Shown: positions 59,091 through 64,000 of the stretch, one piece after another
Position numbering within the stretch: position 1 is the first letter of the stretch
Layout of the letters: every line of letters starts with the position of its first letter
NCBI GenBank assembly: GCA_047495785.1
Contig: JBLDXI010000054.1
Coordinates: 310,001-374,000 of the forward strand
Direction of reading: 5' to 3'
Origin: Lepidodermella squamata
Taxonomy: Eukaryota; Animalia; Gastrotricha
DNA length: 64,000 nucleotides
Program-made: the position numbers and the translations under genes
Notes under the pieces: generated by a model
The model's database searches: none
Told to the model about the DNA's origin: nothing
What the model saw: the letters and a program-made list of their open reading frames with translations, nothing else

Positions 59091-59909
59091 ATGGCTTCTG
59101 ACGCAACTTCTGCCACATGCTGCCCGGCGAACAGCCACGGCTACTTGGCGTCCAGCAATACCGATAACGCCGGATCAGTAGTCAATGCAAGTGAAACGTT
59201 TTCGTTTTACGAAACTGGTAGTAGCAGTTCAGCAAAGGCTGTCATTATCGCCCCTGATGTTTTTGGATGGAACGGCGGCCGAACGAGGCAGATTGCGGAC
59301 TACTTCGCCTCAAAAGGGTTCTACGTCGTGGTGCCCAAACTGTTGCAACCACCGTTTGAAGGCGGGACAGATGGCGATGGTCTACCTCCGAATTTTTTAT
59401 TCAGTACTAGGTTTGCTGAAGTCAAGAGTTACTTGAGAGAACTAACCTGGGAGAGCACCGTCAAACCTCGCATTGAACAGGCTATCGCTAGAATCAAATC
59501 TTTGAATATCACGAAAATTACCATGCTTGGATTCTGTTGGGGCGGTTGGGTTGTAACGAAAGCTGCCGTAGATTTTGCACCAGATTTAACATGTGTGGCT
59601 TCGGCACATCCTTCCTTGAATGCAGAACAGAATTTCAATCGAAATTTGGAGGACATGATTAACGAGGTAAAGATTCCATCGCTGTGGTTACCAGCTTCAA
59701 ATGACCCATCCGAACTGTTGGAGGACGGGGCGTGGTTCAAATTACTGATACAGAGCAGCCCGGCGTCTAAGGTAATTCCGTTCCCGCGAATGCAACACGG
59801 ATGGGTTTCGAGGGGTGATGTTACCAACGCAGCTATCAAAGAGGACGTTGAAAAAGCAATAAACGTCGTCACAGATTTTATCAACGAATGCATTGATAGT
59901 AAAAAGTGA
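59091..59909 (+). CDS. Dienelactone hydrolase family, copy 2 (no signal peptide), 272 aa
   Basis: ATG at 59091 (GTG at 59082 follows an acceptor-like AG); GFCWGG, ASND, MQHGW intact. Confidence 0.9.
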   Translation: MASDATSATCCPANSHGYLASSNTDNAGSVVNASETFSFYETGSSSSAKAVIIAPDVFGWNGGRTRQIADYFASKGFYVVVPKLLQPPFEGGTDGDGLPPNFLFSTRFAEVKSYLRELTWESTVKPRIEQAIARIKSLNITKITMLGFCWGGWVVTKAAVDFAPDLTCVASAHPSLNAEQNFNRNLEDMINEVKIPSLWLPASNDPSELLEDGAWFKLLIQSSPASKVIPFPRMQHGWVSRGDVTNAAIKEDVEKAINVVTDFINECIDSKK

Positions 59910-61528
59910 TATGTAGTACTGATTAGAATAAACAATCATTAATCATCATAACTACCGCTACTAAATAAATACAAAATCGTTGCCTGCGTTTGCAAGGCTG
60001 TTTTTGTAGGCGCTAGACTAATTTGGAACACTAATTGTTTTGTGTTCAATGCGATTTATTTGTGAGGGTGGGAAGGGTGAGAATCTAAGCTCCGAAATAA
60101 AAGAGTTCCAATTGACATATCCAACAATCGCCAGGAAATTCAGAAGAAATACATCATGAGGCGATCAAGGGTGAAGCCCTGTTCAAAGTGATCAACTTAT
60201 AACGAAACATCGAACACGACTGCGACACCACCGAGACCGGCCGCCGGTCGTTTACGGGTAACCGAAAGTCCAATTTGGTGGCAGGTGACCTGGTCGGGAA
60301 CTGAATCTTTTCGATTCCGCAAAAATAATTGCCGATGGTAAGTACACCGCGCAGACAAACCAGCGTTGACAAGCGAAAATCTCAGTCATTTACCACAGGT
60401 CCTTCTCGCTTTTCATTGCTTCCCATAAGAGTGCCCACCTTGAAAGCGAAAATTAACTCATAAGAGTCGATAAGGGAAGAAGGAAGAATCCCGTCAGCTG
60501 AGTGGGGCCACATTGTCTTCAAGGTAATTTAAGGAATTTCTTCTTTCAAGAACGAATTATGATTTTTCCATGGCTAACAGTTTACAGATTCAGACTACGT
60601 TATACTTTACACGTCTGGTGTGAACAACGCCATTGCTTGGTCCTATCTTGCTTGTACCTATCTTTAATCGAAATGACAGTTAAAACTCCCTCGGGCGGGT
60701 AGAATTGGCGGGAGCTGACCCTTGCGAAGCAGAATGAAATTTCCGTTCATCTTTTTCAAGGGTCTGTGAATGAATACTCATCATATGCGCGTTTCGATAA
60801 AATAGATAACTAAATGTGTAAATAATTATGTTTCAACTAGTAGTACAATACGATGTGTACTAACCTATGCCAATGATAGTGTGGAGTGTGAAAGTACATG
60901 TTATTTCATTTCATGTAGCTAAGGATTTTACTCAATGCATTATTTTACATGCTGCCGCTTTAATCACAGCAGTTACCCAATCGTCTTGCGGCATGAGATC
61001 AATTTGGCTCCACCCGGCGCTGGACTTAACCGCATTATACTTCTTCAGATAGGTTATCTTATCAGAAAAATCCTTAGCAATGACTTGTTTATCTTTGAAA
61101 AACCATATTCCCTGTCACATGCCGGTTTATTTGCATGCCGGTTACTGTGCTGATGTTGATACTTAGGTTAGACACTTAGCTTCAAAAAACAGTAGCATTA
61201 ATAGTTCCAACGGGACTTGGAGGTTAACAGTTAACAGCCGTTTGGAATCAGAAATCAGAATCCCTCGAAGATTCCAAAAATTACTGTAAGTGTTGACCTT
61301 GAGTTTGTATTGGGTTTGTTTTTTCTCCTGAAACTCATTCTTTTATATCCTACTGTGAATGTTCACTTCCACCTGGTCCCTGGGTCAAAAAACATAATTT
61401 CTTTTATCCAAGTAGACTCGATAAATGCAACCAAGCTTTGAGTGGAGGGATGGGAAATATCAACCAGGCATCGCTATTAGATCGCTTTCAGTCTCAAATA
61501 ATCGTTTCGCTCTATTAGATCGTATTAA

Positions 61529-62348
61529 ATGACAACCGCAGTCACTTCAGCCAACTGCTGCCCGCCGAACAGCCACGGCTACTTGGCGTCGAGCAACGTC
61601 GAAAACGCCGGATCAGTTGTCGATGCAAGTGAAGCTTTCTCGTTTTACGAAACTGGTAGTAGCAGCTCATCAAAGGCTGTCATTATCGCCTCAGATGTTT
61701 TCGGATGGAACAACAACCGGACGAGGCAGATTGCGGACCACTTCGCCGCGAAAGGGTTCTACGTCATGGTGCCTAAACTGTTGCAACCACCGTTTGAAGG
61801 CGGGACAGATGGCGACGGTCTACCTCCGAATTTTTCATTTAGTAGAGTTGCTGAATTCAAGAGTTACCTGACGGGCATACCCTGGGAGGGTAGCGTCAAA
61901 CCTCGCATTGAACAGGCAATCGCTAGAATAAAATCTTTCGGTATCACGAAGGTTACTATGCTCGGGGCTCGGGTTCTGCTGGGGCGGTTGGGTTGTGACA
62001 AAAACTGCTTTTGACTTTTCAGCCGATGTAATGTGCGTGGCTACGGCCCATCCTTCCTTCCATCCCGAGCTGAATTTCAATCGAACTGTGGAGGACATGA
62101 TTAGCAAGGTAAAGATTCCATCGCTGTGGTTACCAGCTTCAAATGACCCACCCGAACTGTTGGAGGATGGGGCGTGGTTCAAATTACTGATACAGAGCAG
62201 CCCGGCGTCTAAGGTAATTCCGTTCCCGCGAATGCAACACGGCTGGGTTCCAAGGGGAGATCTTACGAATCCAGCTATCAAAGAGGACGTTGAAAAAGCT
62301 ATAAACGCTGTCACAGATTTCTTTAACGAATGCGTTGATATTAAGTAA
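61529..62348 (+). pseudogene. Dienelactone hydrolase family, copy 3, frameshifted
   Basis: 7-bp tandem duplication GCTCGGG (61960-61966/61967-61973) just before the FCWGG codons splits it into ORFs 61529-62014 and 61995-62348. Confidence 0.85.
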
Positions 62349-62594
62349 TGATGTGTATTCACTTGTGATTTGAATAAACAATCATTCCACTTTTTTGTGC
62401 ATTTTTTCTTCAACTTTAGTACTCAAACATAGGGTAAAAGCTAGTGTCTGAAAGATTACGATCTGGAGAGATCGTTCAGAGAAAAACAATAAAAATTTAT
62501 TAAATTGATGAGATATTAGGTAGATAGGTATTCCGTCAATTTTGGGGTTTCGAAATTCACATCCATTGCGGCGTTTATTGGCGAGCCCTGCGGT

Positions 62595-63150
62595 CTTAGA
62601 TTAGATTACGCTGAAAGACTTATTTTATTTAGTTTTAGTGATGCCTTGATCTCTCGACGCTCGACAATTCGGGTGTTGAGGAAGGCGGAGGCAAGGCAAA
62701 CAAAAGAATCAGTCACCCGCTTCCACGTCCGAGAGTATCTCGCTTTTGCTGTAAAATTCAAAATCTTCCAAAGTCTCGACAATTTTACGCCATTCGTCTC
62801 GATCTAGTGCAGTTGTTTCGAATGACCAGTCAACAGTTATTTTGATAATTTCGGTCATGTTGCTACCATCTTTACGAGGTCTGCCACGGGACCCGTCGGT
62901 TGTTTTCCTTACTTTATTTTCGGTTGTAAGCCCCACTCTTCTTAGAATTCTTTCTACCGAGTCGAGCCACCTAGTTCGAGGTCTTCCCACTGGTCTCTGC
63001 TATTCCTTAGGCGCTACCCACCTGTAAAGATCAAGACTGGCCCCGGTGATATCGGGTCACCTTTATCATTGACATACGTATCCATCCTTGTTATGTGTCC
63101 TAGGTAATTAAGGCGTTGTTTTTCAATTAATCTACCTTCAATTATTCCAG
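62595..63150 (-). mobile_element. 5'-truncated RTE-like LINE 3' end
   Basis: RLNYLGHITRM, RPVGRPRTRWLDSV, DRDEWRKIV; AATAAA and short (TAATC) tail near 62600. Confidence 0.75.
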
Positions 63151-63429
63151 CACACATTGATAGTCATGAATTAATCAGGAAAAATTCAAATTTCCGCATT
63201 TTTGGTAGAAGGTAGAAAGTTAAAACCTAAGATAGGGTGAACTGTTTTAGCACTTCTAAATTTTAGATAAGATAAAGCTTTGCTAAATCAATATATTACC
63301 GCGCCTGCGGTGAATTAGAGATAACGTATAGGTGTTTGCAAAGTGGTTTTGACAAGTTGAGTTAAGAAGTTATTGTTTTACCAACAGACTTAGCTGTGGA
63401 CCAACGCTGACCTCGTCATTTGCAGTGAA

Positions 63430-64000
63430 ATGGCACAAACAAAGGATTCCGTTATACCAAGGCGCCCACTCCCTGAAGGATCGCCATTGATTGAACTTCG
63501 AGCGCAGAAAGATTCCGATGAGTTATATGATAACCCTGAGGACCCACCGGTTCCAGAATGGTACAACGCAGAGCTGTACCAACGAGGTCGTCAAGTTTGG
63601 AGGAAAAACATGTTCTCTGAATCAATCAGCCTCGTTAACGCTTTGGTCATGCTATTTTCCGTTGAATCACTAGTCCGGCCACTTCTTTTTACCGGAAGAA
63701 GCTCAGGGGCGAAAAACTCACGTCGCCGCTATGTCGAAACCGGCATCCACCTATACAAATGGCACATGATGTTGGATCCGTTTTCCGCTGATGAAAATGA
63801 AGGCCTCAATTCGTTACGCAAGGTCAGGAGACTTCACGCATATATTCGGAAGCTTATGCAAAATAGGGGCCAATCTAGCTTTGGCCAGTACGAGATGAGT
63901 ATTACTCAAAGTTTCTTCATAATGCCAACCATTCTTCACGCTAAAGAGTGGGGATGTAACCCTTCTGAAGCTGACCTTGAAGGATTCTTGCACATGTGGG
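63430..64000 (+). CDS. MpaB/DUF2236 (rubber-oxygenase-like) haem oxygenase domain protein, 3'-partial; absent from ORF track
   Basis: Open from ATG 63430 to window end: PEWYNAELYQRGRQ, LLFTGRS...RRYVET, SLRKVRRLHA, QYEMSITQSFF, LEGFLHMW. Confidence 0.8.
   Translation, partial: MAQTKDSVIPRRPLPEGSPLIELRAQKDSDELYDNPEDPPVPEWYNAELYQRGRQVWRKNMFSESISLVNALVMLFSVESLVRPLLFTGRSSGAKNSRRRYVETGIHLYKWHMMLDPFSADENEGLNSLRKVRRLHAYIRKLMQNRGQSSFGQYEMSITQSFFIMPTILHAKEWGCNPSEADLEGFLHMW

Noticed and set aside
1-64000. Prokaryotic system or exact species assignment
   Set aside because: Spliceosomal introns and animal-type genes exclude a prokaryote; nothing visible fixes the species.

Overview
Eukaryotic (animal, probably a compact-genome invertebrate) DNA with AT-rich intergenic/intronic sequence, many short (~50-60 bp) GT-AG introns and many transposons; no prokaryotic features. 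Host genes in order: a Cys-loop ligand-gated ion channel with a Ser/Thr stalk (5' end outside window); a divergent GABA-B-like class C GPCR; about 8 kb of non-coding DNA; a 3-exon Rho-fold pseudo-GTPase with a CAAX tail and a WASP-like central/acidic segment; an extended SDR (plus a decayed exon duplicate); a 4-exon secreted Cys/Thr-rich orphan; an Apaf-1/CED-4-like NB-ARC protein without WD40s; three dienelactone-hydrolase paralogues (one signal-peptide-bearing, one frameshifted); a small family of 3-exon coiled-coil/poly-Q genes; and an MpaB/DUF2236-like oxygenase running off the 3' end. Mobile DNA: a Ty3/Gypsy element with intact gag-pol, 5' LTR, tRNA-Leu PBS and an env-like third ORF, whose 3' end is replaced by a 1136-bp inverted copy of its own RT region (a potential hairpin locus); an intact intron-containing MULE with 8-bp TSD; a full-length APE-RT LINE inserted in a small gene; MITEs and LINE relics. 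All gene models were spliced by hand and all family assignments come from motif recognition; no database searches were run.
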